Origin: Lingula anatina
Taxonomy: Eukaryota; Animalia; Brachiopoda
Assembly: GCA_051362555.1 (NCBI GenBank)
Contig: JBPQGU010000016.1
Span: 2,666,001-2,730,000 of the forward strand
Direction: 5' to 3'
DNA: 64,000 nucleotides
Under the pieces are notes generated by a model. The model saw only the letters and a program-made list of their open reading frames with translations. It searched no databases and was not told the DNA's origin. A program made the position numbers and the translations under genes. Of the stretch, positions 10,272 through 24,819 are shown piece after piece (position 1 is the first letter of the stretch; each line of letters begins with the position of its first letter).

Positions 10272-11645
10272 ATGATTACATTTGGTAATAAAAAAAAATA
10301 TAAAATGACTATTGAAGGTTTTTTTCAAAAAAATCATAAAAAATTAAATAATTGATTAATTTCAAAAAATGAAGGTTCTTATTCGACAATAAGTGAAAAA
10401 AATAAAATATATTTATGTTTAGGTAAAGAATCAGAAATAACAATTGAAAAAATAGTTCAATTTATTTCACAAGCTTTTGTTACAAAAAGATATGATTTAG
10501 ATTTTGATTTAAAAACATTTGAAACAAAAAAAATTAAAACAAAAGAAATTTTTTCTAAATTAGTAGAATCTTTTTATTATTTAAGACATAATCCAGTTTC
10601 ATATAAAAAAGAAGTAAAAAAAACATCATTAAAAAAAGTTCATTTTATTTTAGATGATGATAAAAATGAAATAAATGAAATTTTAAATTCTAAAAAAATC
10701 ATAATGGAATCTGTAAATTTTGCAAGAGATTTACAAGATAAAGCACCTAATTTTTTAACACCAAAATCATTTGCTGATGACATTATTAAAGAATTTAAAG
10801 ATTTAAATAATGTTGAAATTAAAATTTTAAATAAAAAAGAAATAATAAATGAACAAATGAATTTATTGTTAGCAGTTAATTCTGGTTCACCAAGAGAACC
10901 TAGAGTTGTTGTAATTAAATATTTTGGAGATAAAAAAAATAAAAAAACAACTGCTTTAATTGGAAAAGGAATCACTTTTGATTCTGGTGGTTATTCTTTA
11001 AAACCATCACAATATCAAATTGATATGAAATTTGATATGTCAGGTGCTGCTATTGTTTGTTCTACAATGAAAGCAATTGCAAAATTAAAATTAAATGTTA
11101 ATGTTATTGCTATTGCATGTTTGACAGAAAATTTAATCGGTTCAACTGCAACATTGGTTGAATCAGTTATTAAATCAAAGTCTGGATTAACAGTTGAAAT
11201 AACTAATACTGATGCAGAAGGTAGATTGGTATTAGCTGATGGAATTACATATGCAATTGAAAATTTAAAAGTTAATGAAATCATTGAATTATCAACATTA
11301 ACTGGTGCTATTTCATATACTTTAGGTGATTATATGAGTGGTTTATTTTCAAATAATGATATATTTGCAAATAAATTTTTAAATGCATCTAAAAAAAGTG
11401 GTGAAGAAGTTTGAAGATTACCGGTTCATAAACAAAATTTTAAATATATGAAATCATCTGTAATTGCAGATTTATTAAATGCTTCAAAAGAATATAAAGG
11501 TACTTCATCAAATGCTGCTGCATTTTTATTTTCATTTGCAAAAAAAACACCATTTATTCATTTAGATATTGCAGGAACTGCAGATATAAATCATAGAGGT
11601 AGAGGTGTTATGATAAGAACAATAATTGAATTTTTAAAAAAATAA
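10272..11645 (+). CDS. pepA: Leucyl aminopeptidase (M17)
   Basis: GKGITFDSGG, MKFDMSG, NTDAEGRL, HLDIAG; SD AAAGGGAG upstream. Confidence 0.95.
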
Positions 11646-11722
11646 TGTTTTAAAAATTAAATTTTTATTTTAATTCTTTATATATTTATTAATATTTTTT
11701 AAATTAAAATATTAATAATATA

Positions 11723-11797
11723 GACAATATAGTTTAATTGGTAAAACAATGGTCTCCAAAACCATAATTGTAGGTTCGATCCCTTCTATTGTCGCCA
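11723..11797 (+). tRNA. tRNA-Trp(CCA)
   Basis: GACAATA/TATTGTC acceptor stem, ATGGT CT CCA AA ACCAT anticodon arm, CCA end. Confidence 0.93.
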
Positions 11798-11857
11798 TTA
11801 TAAAAATAAAAAATAAATTTTTATTTTTTATTTTTTAGTTATTTTATAATTATTTAA

Positions 11858-14800
11858 ATGAATAAAGAAAAATTTTTAAAAGAAACAGAAATTAATATCG
11901 AATTTTTAGATTTTTTACTTCAATTTATAGAAATTAATAATTTTTGTGTTAAAAATGATAAAAAATTAATATTAATTTCTGTTAAATTTAAAAAAACATT
12001 TGATTTAAAAGATTATAAAAAAATAAGTTTATATTTTAAAAATAATAATAAAAAAATAAAAATATTTTGAAATAAAAATGTTAAAGATTTTTATAACAAG
12101 AATCAAATTTTAGATTATTTAAAATTTTTTTTAAAAAAATATGAAATTAATTGTATTTTTGAAATAATTATTTCAAAAAATTTAGAAATAATTTCAAAAT
12201 CATATAAAGAAATCGAAAAATATAAAAAAAAATTATTAATTTTTTTTGAAAAAATAGGTATTTTATTTGAAAATATTATTTTTAAAAATGAACAAAATAT
12301 TGAAAAAGATATTTCTTTTTTGGAATATAAAAATAAAAAAATAGAAGAATATAAAAATATTCAAAAAAAACTTATTAAAAATAAAAATTTAAATAATATA
12401 AAATCGGTTTTATCTAACAATATTATTGTTAGAGGTAAAATTTTAGATATTGAAATTTCTGTTTTTAAAAATAATAAAAGAATTAAAGTTTTTATAGATA
12501 CAGAAAAAAGTGCAATGTTTGCATTTTTAAATAAAAATATTATAAAATCTGAAAAAGTAAATGATTTAAAAAAAGATAATTGATTTACATTTGTTATTAA
12601 AAAAACTGTTTGAAATGATAAAAATTATTATAAAATTACTGATTTTGATAAAATTGAACCAATTTTTGATAGAGAAGACACATCAATTGAAAAAAGAATA
12701 GAATTTCATGTTCATACTAAAATGTCTGCTTTAGATGGTGTCGGAGAAATTAAAGAATATATTAAAAAAGCAATTCATTTTGGACATAAAGCTATTGCAT
12801 TTACAGATCATGAAAATATAAATAGTTTTTTTGAAATAAATAAATATATAAAAAAACATGATAATTTAAAATTAATTTTAGGATGTGAATTTAATTTTTT
12901 ATCATTTGATGGAAATATAATAAGTAAAAAAACAAATAATTCATTAGAAGATGAAACTTTTGTTTTTTTTGATACTGAAACCACTGGATTAGCAACTTAT
13001 TATGATGAAATAATAGAATTTGCAGCAATTGTTGTTAAAAATGGGATTGTTTTAAAAAAAACATCATTTTTAATTAAAACTGATAAAAAAATTTCAGAAT
13101 CTATACTTAGTTTGACCGGAATTAATATTGATGAGTATAATAAAAATTCAATTTCAAAAAAAGATGCTATAAAAAGAATAAAAGATATTTTTTCTAATTA
13201 TATTTTAGTTGCTCATAATGCTAAATTTGACATTAATTTTGTTAATAAATTGTTTCGAAAATTTAATTTAAATAAAATAAAAAATCCAATTTTTGATACA
13301 TTGATGTTTTCATATTATTTAAATAATAAAATTCTTAAAAGTCATCGTTTAGGAAAATTAGCAAATTTTTATAATGTTGAATATGAAAAACATAAAGCAC
13401 ATCGTGCATTGTATGATGTAGAAATATTATCTTTAATTTTTTTTAAAATGTTTAATGATAATGATATAAAATTTGAAGATGTTTATTTTTTAAATAATGA
13501 TTTTAATATTAGAAATAATTTATTTACAAATCATATAAATGTATTAATAAAAAATCAAAAAGGAATTAAAAATCTTTATAAATTAGTTTCATATACACAT
13601 ACAGATTATTTGTATAAAAAACCAACTTTAGAAAAAAATGTTTTAGATAAATATAGAGAAGGTTTGTTAATTGGTGCAGGTTGTTATAAAAGTGAAATAT
13701 TTGAAGCGGCATATTTAAAAACTCAAGAAGATTTAGAAAAATTAATACAATATTATGATTTTATTGAAATTCAACCACTAGAAGTTTATTCACATTTAAT
13801 ATACAAAGAAATAATAAGTAAAGAAAATTTAATTGATGTAATAAAAAGAATTATTCAAACATGTAAAAAATATAATAAATTAATAATTGCAACTGGTGAT
13901 GTACATTATGTTGATCCAAAAGATAAGTTATATAGAGATATTTTTATTTCTACAAAACAACTTAAAGGATCTATACATCCATTAAATGATTTTGATGGAA
14001 AAATAAAAGAAACTCCAAATCAACATTTTAGAACTACAAATGAAATGTTACAAGATTTTAATTTTTTAAATGATAAAGATTTAATACAAGAAATTGTTAT
14101 TAAAAATACAAATAAATTATCTGATTTAATTCAAGATAAATTAATTTTTGAAGATAAATTAAATTTACCTGAAATAAAAAATGCAGATAAAATTTTAAAA
14201 GAAATATCTTTATTTAAATTTAAAGAAAAATATGGAACAAATTTTGATAAAAAAATATTAAAAAGATTTAATTTTGAGTTAGATCAAGTTATTAAACAAA
14301 AATTTTCTACTATTTATTTATTAGCTTATGAATTATCAAATTATTCTTTAAAAATGGGTTACTTAATTGGTTCAAGAGGTTCAGTTGGTTCATCATTTTT
14401 AGCTTTTTGTTTAGATATTACAGAAGTAAATCCATTAGAGCCACATTATCATTGTAATAAATGTTTTTATTTTAAATGAGCAGATAATAAAAAATATTTA
14501 TCTGGTTTTGATATTCCAATTATGTTTTGTCCTAATTGTAATATAAAATTAAAAAGAAATGGACAAACAATTGCTTTTGAATCTTTTCTTGGTATTGATG
14601 CAAAATCTGTACCAGATATTGATCTTAATTTTTCAGGTGAATTTCAAGAAAGAGCTATTAAATTTGTAATTAATTATATTACTGAAAAAATAGGAAAAAA
14701 TAAAGTTTTTCGTGCTGGTACTATTTCAACTGTTGCAAAAAAAACAGCATATGGTTATTTAATGGAATATATAGAAAAAAAAGATATTTTAGATAAATAT

Positions 14801-16081
14801 ACATTTGAAGAAAAAATGAAAATTTCATATAATTGTGTTGGTGTAAAAAAAACTACTGGACAACATCCTGGAGGACTTATTATTATTCCAGCTAATAAAA
14901 ATATTTTTGATTTTACACCATATAATTTTCCATCAAATGATAAAAGTAAATCATTAACAACACATTTTGATTATCATGTTTTAAAAAATAAATTATTAAA
15001 ATTAGATGTTTTAGGTCATGATGATCCAACTGCTTTAAAGATACTTTTTAAATTAACAAAAAAGGATCCTAAAAATATTGATTTTTATGATTCAAAAATA
15101 ATAAAATTATTTTCAGATATAAAAGTTTTAGGTATTAAACCATCAGATGTTTTAAATGAAACAACTGGTACAATTGGATTACCAGAATTTGGAACGATTT
15201 TTGTTAGACGAATTTTAAAAGAAAGAAATGTTTCTTCATTTGCAGATTTAATTTCTGTTTCTGGTTTATCACATGGTACAAATGTTTGAGAGTCAAATGC
15301 AAAAGATTTATTAATGAAAAATGAAGATTGAACTTTCCAAAATGTAATAGGTTGTCGTGATGACATTATGAGAATGTTAATGGAATGAGGTTTAAGTTTA
15401 AATGATGCATATAATTTTATGATAATTGTAAAGAAAGGTAAGGGTTTAAATATAAAACAGGAAAAAGAATTACAAAAAAAACAAATTCCAAAATGATTTA
15501 TTGATTCATGTCAAAAAATTTCTTATATGTTCCCAAAAGCACATGCTACTGCATATACAATTATGGCATGTCGTTTTGCATGATATAAAATTTATTATCC
15601 TGTTGAATTTTATACAACTTATTTTTCAATAAGAATGGATGTTTTTGATTTAAAAACAGTTTTATTAGGTAAAAAAGCAGTTGAAAAAAAACTTGTTAGT
15701 TTAATTAATATTTTAAATAATAAAGAAAAAAAACTAACACCTAAAGAAAAAAAACTGTATACATTTTATGAAACAGCAAATGAGATGTTAGCAAGAGGCA
15801 TTAAATTTGAAAAATTAAATTTGGAAAAATCAGATAGTTTAAAGTTTCAAATTATAAATGAAGATGGTATTAAAAAAATTATTCCACCATTGATTTCAGT
15901 TGATGGTTTGGGTATAGAACTTGCAAAAAAAATTCTTTATGAAAGAAAAATTAAACCATTTAGTTCTTCAAATGATTTTAAAAACAGAACAAAAGTTAAT
16001 AAAACTGTTTTTAAAGTTCTTCAAAATATGGGTGTTTTAGAAAAACTTGATAAATTTAAACAATCAAAATTTATTTTTTAA
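11858..16081 (+). CDS. polC: DNA polymerase III alpha, PolC type
   Basis: Five ORF fragments in one frame joined at TGA; PHP (HVHTKMSALDG, FTDH), DEDDh exonuclease (FDTETTG), GSRGSVGSS, PDIDLNFSG, YMFPKAHA. Confidence 0.97.
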
Positions 16082-16177
16082 AAATTTATATAATTATCAT
16101 TTAAAATATTTATAAATATTAGATATATAATATTTATAATTATTAGATATAAAAAATATCTAATTTTTCTTTTAAAT

Positions 16178-17332
16178 ATGAAAAAAAATGAGATTAATAT
16201 AAATTTACAAATAGATAAACTTAAAGAAGAAAAAGGTATATCAAGAATTCAAATTTTTAATATTATTAAAGATGCAATTAATAATACTTATTTAAAGTCA
16301 AAATTAGTAAAAAGAGATTTAATTTTTGAAGGTAGTGAAAAAGATGGTATTTTAAAATCATTTGAAGAATTAGATGTTGTAAAAACAAAAAGTGATGATT
16401 TTCCAGATTCAGAAATTTTATTAGAAGATGCAAAAAAAATTAATAAAAATATACAAATTGGAGAAACTTTAATTGTTCCATTTGATTTATTGTCATTTTC
16501 ACATTTTTCAGTTAGTAGAGTAAAACAAAGAATAAAACATGCAATAAATATTTTACAAAGTGAAAAAAATTATGAATTATATTCTTCTAAAAAAGGAAAA
16601 ATTTTATCTGGTACTGTTGAAAATATTGATTATAAACGTATTTTAATAGATGTTGGTGGAATAATTGCATTTATTCCAAGAGAAGAATTGATTCCATATC
16701 AAACATTTTTACCAAATCAAATTGTAAAATTTTATGTTAAAGAAGTTTTTTTAAATAATCAGTATGGTCAAATAATGGGTTCAAGAACTGATGTAGAATT
16801 TTTAAAATTATTATTTAAATTAGAGGTTCCAGAAATAAATGTTGGATTAATTAAAATTGTAAAAATTTTACATGTACCAGGTGTAAGAGCAAAAGTTGCA
16901 ATAAAATCATTAGATCAATCAATTGATGCAATTGGTTCATGTGTTGGAAAAGGTGGAACAAGAATTTCTGCTATTTCTGGTGAATTAAAAAATGAAAAAA
17001 TAGATGTATTTTTATGAAATGATAATATAGAAAAATTTTTATTAAATGCATGCACACCTATTAAAGTTGTTAATTTAAAAATTATTGATAAAGAAAATAA
17101 AAAAGTAAGAATTATTGTTATTAAAGAACAATATGAATCAATTAGTAGACGTGGAAATACATGAAAGGAATTATTAGAAAAAATTACTGAATTTGAATTT
17201 CAAATTGAAACAATTGAAGAATTTGGGAAAGAACTTAATGAAATTTTATTAAATGGAAATCTTTCATATGAAGATCTTGAAAATTTAGAAGTTTCAAAAG
17301 AAATATTAGTAAAGTGTAAAGAGATTGAATAA
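16178..17332 (+). CDS. nusA: Transcription elongation factor NusA
   Basis: S1 and KH domains (PGVRAKVA, DAIGSCVGKGGTRI); lies upstream of infB. Confidence 0.93.
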
Positions 17333-17366
17333 TTATAATATTTAATTCTCTTTTTTATAAAAAAAG

Positions 17367-19196
17367 ATGAATAAATTAACATTAACAAAAATAAGAGAAT
17401 TAAATAAAAAATTAGAATCTTTTGCATTTATAGAAAAAGATTTAATTTGTTATTGTGGAAAACTTTCTATTGAAAAAATAAATGATTTTTTAAATATTGA
17501 TTTTCAAGAAATTAAAAAAAAATTAAACATAATAAACCCTTTAAAAAAATATAAAAATGATGAATTATTATCAGATGAAATTTTACAAGAATTATTTTTG
17601 GAATTGGGTTTTGAATTTAAAAAAGTTAATAAATTAGAATTTTTTGAAAAATTACAACATTATTTTGAAAAAAATAAAAAAATAAAAAATCAAAAAAGAC
17701 CATTAATTGTAACAATTATGGGACATGTTGATCATGGAAAAACAACTTTACTTGATACAATTAGAAAATCAAATATAACATCAAAAGAAATAGGTGCTAT
17801 AACTCAAAAATTAGGTGCTTATAAAGTTTGATATAAAAATAAAAAAATAGTTTTTATTGATACTCCTGGCCATGAATTTTTTAATTCAATGAGACAAAGA
17901 GGTACTGAAATTACTGATTTAGTTATTTTATTAGTTTCTGGTACTGAAGGTGTAAAAGAACAAACTATTGAATCAATTAAATTAGCAAAAAAATCAAAAA
18001 TACCAATTATTGTATTTGTAAATAAATTAGATTTACCAAATTTTAATATTGATAATATTGAAAAAAAATTATCAGAATTTGAATTAATTCCAAGTAAATG
18101 GGGTGGTAAAACAATTTTTATTAAAGGTTCGGCAAAAAATAATATTAATGTTAATGAACTTTTAGATTGTATTTTAGATAAAGAAAAAGAGATAAATCCA
18201 AGCACAAAAGAAAGTAATTTTTGTAGAGCTATTGTTCTTGATTCATATATTGGTTCTTCAGGTCCATTAGTTTCTGTTATAGTTAAGTCAGGTAAATTAA
18301 AAATAAAAGATTGAGTCATTTCAAATCAAATTATTGGATGTATAAAGAATTTAAAAGATGATAAAGGAAATAATTTAAAAGTTGTTGAAGCAGGTGATTG
18401 TGTTTTAATAAATGGTTTTCAATCAACACCTTTAGTTGGTTCTTTTGTTTATAATTTTGAAAATTCACAAATTGTAAAAAATTTATCTCAATTTAAATTA
18501 GAAAAAATTGCTGAACAAAAAAATAAAATACTTAATAAATCATTTGATAATATGTTTAAAAAAGATATTAAAAATAAAATTAATATCATTTTAAAAGTTG
18601 ATACAAAAGGTTCAGAAGAAGTTATTGTTAAATTAATTTCTAAATTATTAAAAATAAATACAAAAAATAAATTAAATTTTATTATTTTAGATATTGGTGA
18701 ATTAAACATAAATGACATTAAATTAGCACAAAAAAACAATTCTTTTGTTTTAACTTATAATTTAAAAATTAAATCTTCAATTAAAAAAGAATTAAAAGAA
18801 AAATCAATTAATTATTTTGAATATAAATTAATTTATAAATTAATTGAAAAATTAGAAGAATTTATTTATGGTAAACATATAAAAAAAGAAAAAATCAAAA
18901 TAATTGGAAAAATGAAAGTTACAAATCTTTTTGTTCATTCAAAATTTGGAACAATTGCTGGTGGAATTGTTGAAGAGGGTGTAATATCAAAATCAAAAAA
19001 TTTATTAAGAGTTATAAGAAATAAAGAAATTATAATTGATAAACAAAAAATATTAACAATACGTCATGAAAAAGATGAAATAGATTCTGTAAAAACAAAA
19101 CAAACATGTGGTGTTTTGTTTTTAAAACCATTTAAATTTGAAATAAATGATATTATTGAACAATTTGAAATAATTCAAGAAAAAAATGATAAATAA
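17367..19196 (+). CDS. infB: Translation initiation factor IF-2
   Basis: [31 protein letters not shown]. Confidence 0.96.
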
Positions 19197-19539
19197 AATT
19201 TCTTATACTAATAAAAAATTATCTTCTGAATTTCATAGAATTTTAATGAATGTATTTATTTTTATGACAAATAAAAATTATAAATACATAAATATAAGTA
19301 GAATTAAACTTACAAAAGATTTAAATCATGCAATTATTTTTTATACTTCATCAAATAAAGAATTTAATGAAGAAAGATCAATTGAATTTTTGAAATCACA
19401 AATATCATTTATTAAGAAAAAAATATCTATTAAATGACATCATAGAAAAGTTCCTAAATTAATTTTTAAATATGACAAAGAATTATTAGAATTAGAAAAA
19501 ATAACAAATATATTTGAAAATATAAAAGAAAAAAATTAA
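19186..19539 (+). CDS. rbfA: Ribosome-binding factor A
   Basis: Follows infB; ISRIKLTKDLNHA and RKVPKLIFKYD motifs. Confidence 0.88.
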
Positions 19540-19543
19540 AAAA

Positions 19544-20647
19544 TTATTTTTTTGATATATAAAAATCAAAAGCTTCTTTTCCAATTTTTGTTAATTTAAG
19601 ACCTTTGTTTTTTATTTTTTCAACTTGTTTAAAAAATGTTTGCTTAAATATTTTACATAAACTTTTATTTTTTCAAATTTTTTTTAATTCTTTAAAATTT
19701 AATCCTGTTTTTGAAATTTCTAATTTATCAGCTATATATAAAATTTTTGCTAAATCATTCATATTTTTTTTTGCAGTTGTATGAAATTTTATTGCATCAA
19801 GAATATTTTTATTTAATATTTTTAAATTGTTTTTTACAAATAAGAAAGATGTTTTACTATGTCAAATTGGAAATGGTATTTTTTTAATTAAGTTTAAATT
19901 AACATTTAAATTTTTTAAAAAAAATAAATGTTTTTTTTCATCTCATTCTTTTGTTAAATCATGAAATAAACCTGCAATATATGCCATTTCTTCTAATTTG
20001 TTTAAGTTATAAAAATTTGCAATTTTTTTACTTAATTTAGCAACTTCTATAGAATGTATAAATCTTTTGTTTGACATATTGTTTTTAAGAATATTTTCAA
20101 AATATAAATGTTTTTCAATAATATACTTTTTTGATATTTTAGTTAAAAAATTTCATGATTTTCCTGTTCTAATTTCAGTACTATTAAAGTTATTTATTTT
20201 TAAATCTTTAATTAATTCAACATCATATTTATTTTTAACTTTTTTATCAAATTTAAAATTTTCTCTTGGAATTGCAATAATTTTAGTTAATTTATTTAAT
20301 TCTTCAGATTTTTTTCAGTTTAATAAATTATTAACCTGATCCATACCAAGGATTAATGAAAAAGAATAATCTTTATTTTTCTTTTTAAAATTTTTAATAA
20401 TTTCTTGAGTAAAAAAACCAATAGGCTCTTTAAATATTTTTATTTTTTTATTTTGTAAAATATTTAATTCAACCATTTTTAATCTATGTTTAAAATCAGA
20501 AATTATATTTTTTTCTTTTGAATTTTTATTTATTAAAATTCAAAATTCATCATATTTTTTATTATTTTTTAAATTTTCAATTATATTTTTATGTTGAATA
20601 TGAAATGGATCAAAACATCCAGGAAATAATAAAATATTTTTTTTCAC
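19544..20647 (-). CDS. nadD: Nicotinate-nucleotide adenylyltransferase fused to YqeK-like HD domain
   Basis: GTG start, LFPGCFDPFHIQH, LILGMDQ, then HSIEVA and AGLFHDLTKEW; absent from the ORF track. Confidence 0.88.
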
Positions 20648-20657
20648 AATAATTTTT

Positions 20658-22322
20658 TTAAATATTTTTAATCATAGGTATTATAAATGGTAAATTATTA
20701 ATTTCTTTTTTTATAATTTTTTCACTTATTTTTTTTACTAAAATTGATATATTACTTGGTATTTTTATTTCATTTATTTTATTTATAAATAAATCTTTAA
20801 TTCCTGTTTTTATTTTTTTTTCAATATTTAATAATTTTTTTTCATTTGAATTAATACCTATAAAATCAATTTTTATTTTTGTAGAAAGAGTGTATTTTTC
20901 ATTTTTATATCCAAATCCAAGTGAAACAAAAACAATTCCAAAAGTACCTAAAATTCTACGTTCATTTAATATTGATTCTTTTATATTATCAAATGTTAAT
21001 GTATTTATAAAAACACTACCATTTTTAATAGTTGTTATTTCTTTTGTTTTTATACCATTTTTAAATGTTACAACATCACCATTGTTTAAAACCAAAATTT
21101 TATTTTTATCTAAACTATCAGATAGTTTTTTTTGTGTCAGATATATTTCTTTATGATATGCATTAAATGGAATAAAGTATTCTGGTTCTATTTGATTACA
21201 TAAATATCTTAAATCTTCAATTCCGGCTTCAACTGGAATTATTTCTTTTTGTGAAATAAAAAATATTTTAGCATCTGTTTTATATAATTCATTTAAAATA
21301 TTTACAATTGATAATTCTAAATTAAATTTATTTTCACCAAGTAATAAAACTGAATCTTTTTTTGTTAATTTTGTATTTAAATTTGTTTGAGAAATAAGTC
21401 TTGTAATACGTGAAAAAAGTCATTTTTGATCACCAGTTAAAATTATAACATTTCTTTTAAAATTTGAACGTTTAATATCTGTAAAATCTATAAATTTTAC
21501 AGAATTATATATTGGATCTGTGTTTTTCATAATTTTTAAGTAAAAATCATGAAATTTTTTATCAAAAAAAGAAATATTAAAATTTTCTTTAAATTGTTCT
21601 AAATTTTTAATTATATTATGAATTTTATATCAATCATTATCATAACAACATATATAAATATTTTCTCTTGTTGAATCAATTGCTTTATTTAATCATGTAT
21701 CAACTCTTGTTTTTGGTACACTAAAACTATTTGTGTTTGCATTTGAAACGTTACTTATTAATAAAAGTACTTTTTTATTATCATTTTTTATATTTTTTAA
21801 ATTTGTATTAAAAATATTGTTTTCTTTATTAGTTTCTAAAACAAATGAACCAGTATAAATTATAAGTCCATCATTTGTTTTAATTGAAAATCCACAACTA
21901 CCAGGTAAATTTGATGCAGTATTAAATTTTTTAACTTGATTTTTACCAATTTTTACATAATAATCTTGTATGATTTTTACATTTTTTGTTACTTGCTCTT
22001 TTGTTAAAAGACCAATATCTGACATCATATCTTTATTTATTTTAGAAGTATAAATATTTATTTTATTTTTAAGTGATGAAAGTAAATATTTAATAGAATA
22101 AGCATCACTTATGTCTATTTTTGTTATAAATATTCCTTTAATTTTATTTTTATTTTGTATTAAATAATCAAAATCTGGAATTATAATATTATCTCCAAGA
22201 TCAATATTATTAAAATATTTTAATCCTGCATCAAATACATAAATTTCATCTTGTATTTCAATTACAAAACATACTTTTCCTAATTCATCTAAACCACCAA
22301 GAGTAAAAGCTTTAATTTGCAT
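20658..22322 (-). CDS. rnj: Ribonuclease J family protein (RNase J2-like, degenerate active site)
   Basis: LGGLDELGK, FDAG, IIPDFDYL, PEYFIP, ERRILGTFG; the HxHxDH position reads ITKIDISD. Confidence 0.88.
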
Positions 22323-22324
22323 AA

Positions 22325-24466
22325 TTATTTAATTTTTTTTAATAATTTAAGACTAATTTGTTTTTTTTCGTTAATATCTATAATTTTAACTAAAACTTTT
22401 TCATTTAAAGTTATAAAATCTTCTATTTTTCTTATATATTGATTTGATAAATTTGAAACATGAATTAATCCACTTGTTTTTGTGTCAATTTTATTTACAA
22501 ATATACCAAAATCCATTATTTTTACAACCTTTGCAATAAATTCGTCTCCAATATTTAAATTTTCATTATTACCATTAATGTTTTTTATCATTTGTACTGC
22601 TTTTTCAATCATTTCTAAATCTTTATGATAAATATAAATTATTCCATCATCATTTATATCAATAGATGTTTGTTTTGTTTCAGAAATTATTTTTTTTATA
22701 TTTTTACCACTTGGACCAACAATTTTTCCAATATCATCAATATCAACTTTAATTTTTTTAAATTTAATTGCATTTTTAGATAATTTAGATCTTGGTTTGT
22801 CAATAATTTTGTTTAATACTTCAAGAACTTTTAATCTATCAATTTTTGCTTTTTTTAATATTTTTTCAATAATATTAATTGGTAAACCACTTATTTTTAA
22901 ATCTACTTGAATTGAACAAATTCCTTTTTTTGAACCAGAAACTTTAAAATCCATATCGCCAAAGAAATCTTCTCATGCTTGAATATCAGAAAGTAAATTG
23001 TATTCATCTCCATTTTTAATCAATCCTGTTGCAATACCAGCTATTTGTGTTTTAACTGGAACACCAGCAGCTAATAATGATAATGATGCTGAACAAATTG
23101 CTGATTGTGATGAAGAACCATTTGAAGATAAAACATCTGAAATTATTCTTATTGTATATGGAAATTCTTCAATACTTGGAATAATTCATTTAAAAGCTTT
23201 TTCAGCTAAAAATCCATGTCCAACTTCTCTTCTTGATACACCACGTAAACGTGTAACTTGACCAACTGAATATGGTAAAGCTTTATAATGATGTAAAAAA
23301 TATTTTTCTTCTTGTTTTGTAATATTATCAATTATTTGTTTATCTGAAACTGGACCTAATGTAAGAATTGATAATGTTTGTGTTTGACCTCTACTAAAAA
23401 TTGCAGAACTGTGTACTAAAGGTAAAAAGTCTATTTTTGCTGATAAATTTCTTATAGTATTAAAATCTCTTCCATCAATTCTTTTTTTGTTATTAATTGT
23501 ATAATTTCTTACTTTTTCTTTAAAAATTTCTCAAAGACAATTTATTAATTTTTCAGAAAAATTTTCAATATCACTGTATTTTTCATCTTTTAAAAATTCA
23601 TTTTTAACTAAATTTTCAATATTTTTTGTTTTTTTTGTACGTAATTTATTAGAAGAATTTTCAATTAAATCATTTATTTGACTATTAAATTTTGAAATTA
23701 TTTCTTTTTTTAATGTATTTTCATCAAACATTTCAAATGTATATTCTTTTTTAATAATTTTTAAATCTTTTAAAATATTTTCTTGAAATAATATAGTTTC
23801 TTTAATATAATTATGACCAAATTTAATTGCTTTTAATAAAGTTTCTTCAGGAATTTCTTTACCACTCATTTCAATCATATTTATCTCTTCTTTTGTACCA
23901 GTTAAAAATAATTCTAATATTGATTCATTCATTTGATTATTATTTGGATTTATTATAAATTCATCATTTACAATACCAACAACAACAGAAGAAAATTTAA
24001 TATTAATTGGTAAACTAGAACTATTTAGTGCTAAAGACACTGCAATTATAGATATAGTTCTTATATCAACTGAATAATCAATTGACAATGGATTAACAAT
24101 TATTTGTATTTCATTTCTAAAATTTTTTGGAAACAAATTCCTTATTGAACGATCTATTAATCTAGATGATAAAACACAAAAATCTGATGGTTTACCTTCT
24201 CTTTTTAAAAATGAACCAGGAATTTTACCAACAGAATATAAATTATCTTGAAATTCAACAGATAATGGTAAAAATGAACCAGAAGTTGGTTCAGAACCAA
24301 CACATAATGTAATTAAAGAAACAGTTTCATTTCATTTTATTAAAATTGTTTGTTCAGTTTGATTTGCAATTGTATTAAATTCTACAACTACTTTATTATT
24401 TTTAAAAATAAACTCTTTTTTTAAAGAATCATTTTCAATAAAAATATTATTTAAATTATTTGACAT
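22325..24466 (-). CDS. pnp: Polynucleotide phosphorylase
   Basis: [35 protein letters not shown]-terminal KH and S1 domains. Confidence 0.96.
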
Positions 24467-24578
24467 ATATTAATTAATTTTAATATAAAAAAAAATAATT
24501 AATTAAAAATTTATATTTTTAAAAAAGAAAAAAAATAATTTAAATTCTAATATTTTATGAAAGGAATTAATATTTTTT

Positions 24579-24818
24579 ATGAATAAAAATTGAAAAAAAA
24601 TAAATAAAATTCAAAAATCTAAAATAAAAGGAGGAGCAAATTTTCTTGCTGTTTGAGCAATGAGTTTAATAACATTTTCAGTGTTTAGAAGTTTATTTTC
24701 AAATAAATCAAATTTACATATAAATGGTTTTGGTAAAGCTTCATGAGAAGATCATGAACAAAAAGAAATAAAACAAGATGAAAAAATAAGAATAGGATTA
24801 AAAAATTATTTTGAATAA
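24579..24818 (+). CDS. Small protein (79 aa) with double-glycine-type leader, bacteriocin/pheromone-like
   Basis: MNKNWKKINKIQKSKIKGG|ANFLAVWAMSLITFSVFRSLF...; AAGGA upstream; stop lies 1 nt before the radC ATG. Confidence 0.65.
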
Positions 24819-24819
24819 A

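Noticed and set aside
10640-11284. Minus-strand ORFs inside pepA, and similar ones inside polC, infB, nadD, rnj, pnp, dnaK, valS, the recombinase, arcC, pstA and alaS
   Set aside because: Opposite-strand or alternate-frame shadows of well-supported genes.
18723-18732. TTAGCAC CIRCE half-site
   Set aside because: Inside infB coding sequence with no matching GTGCTAA arm.
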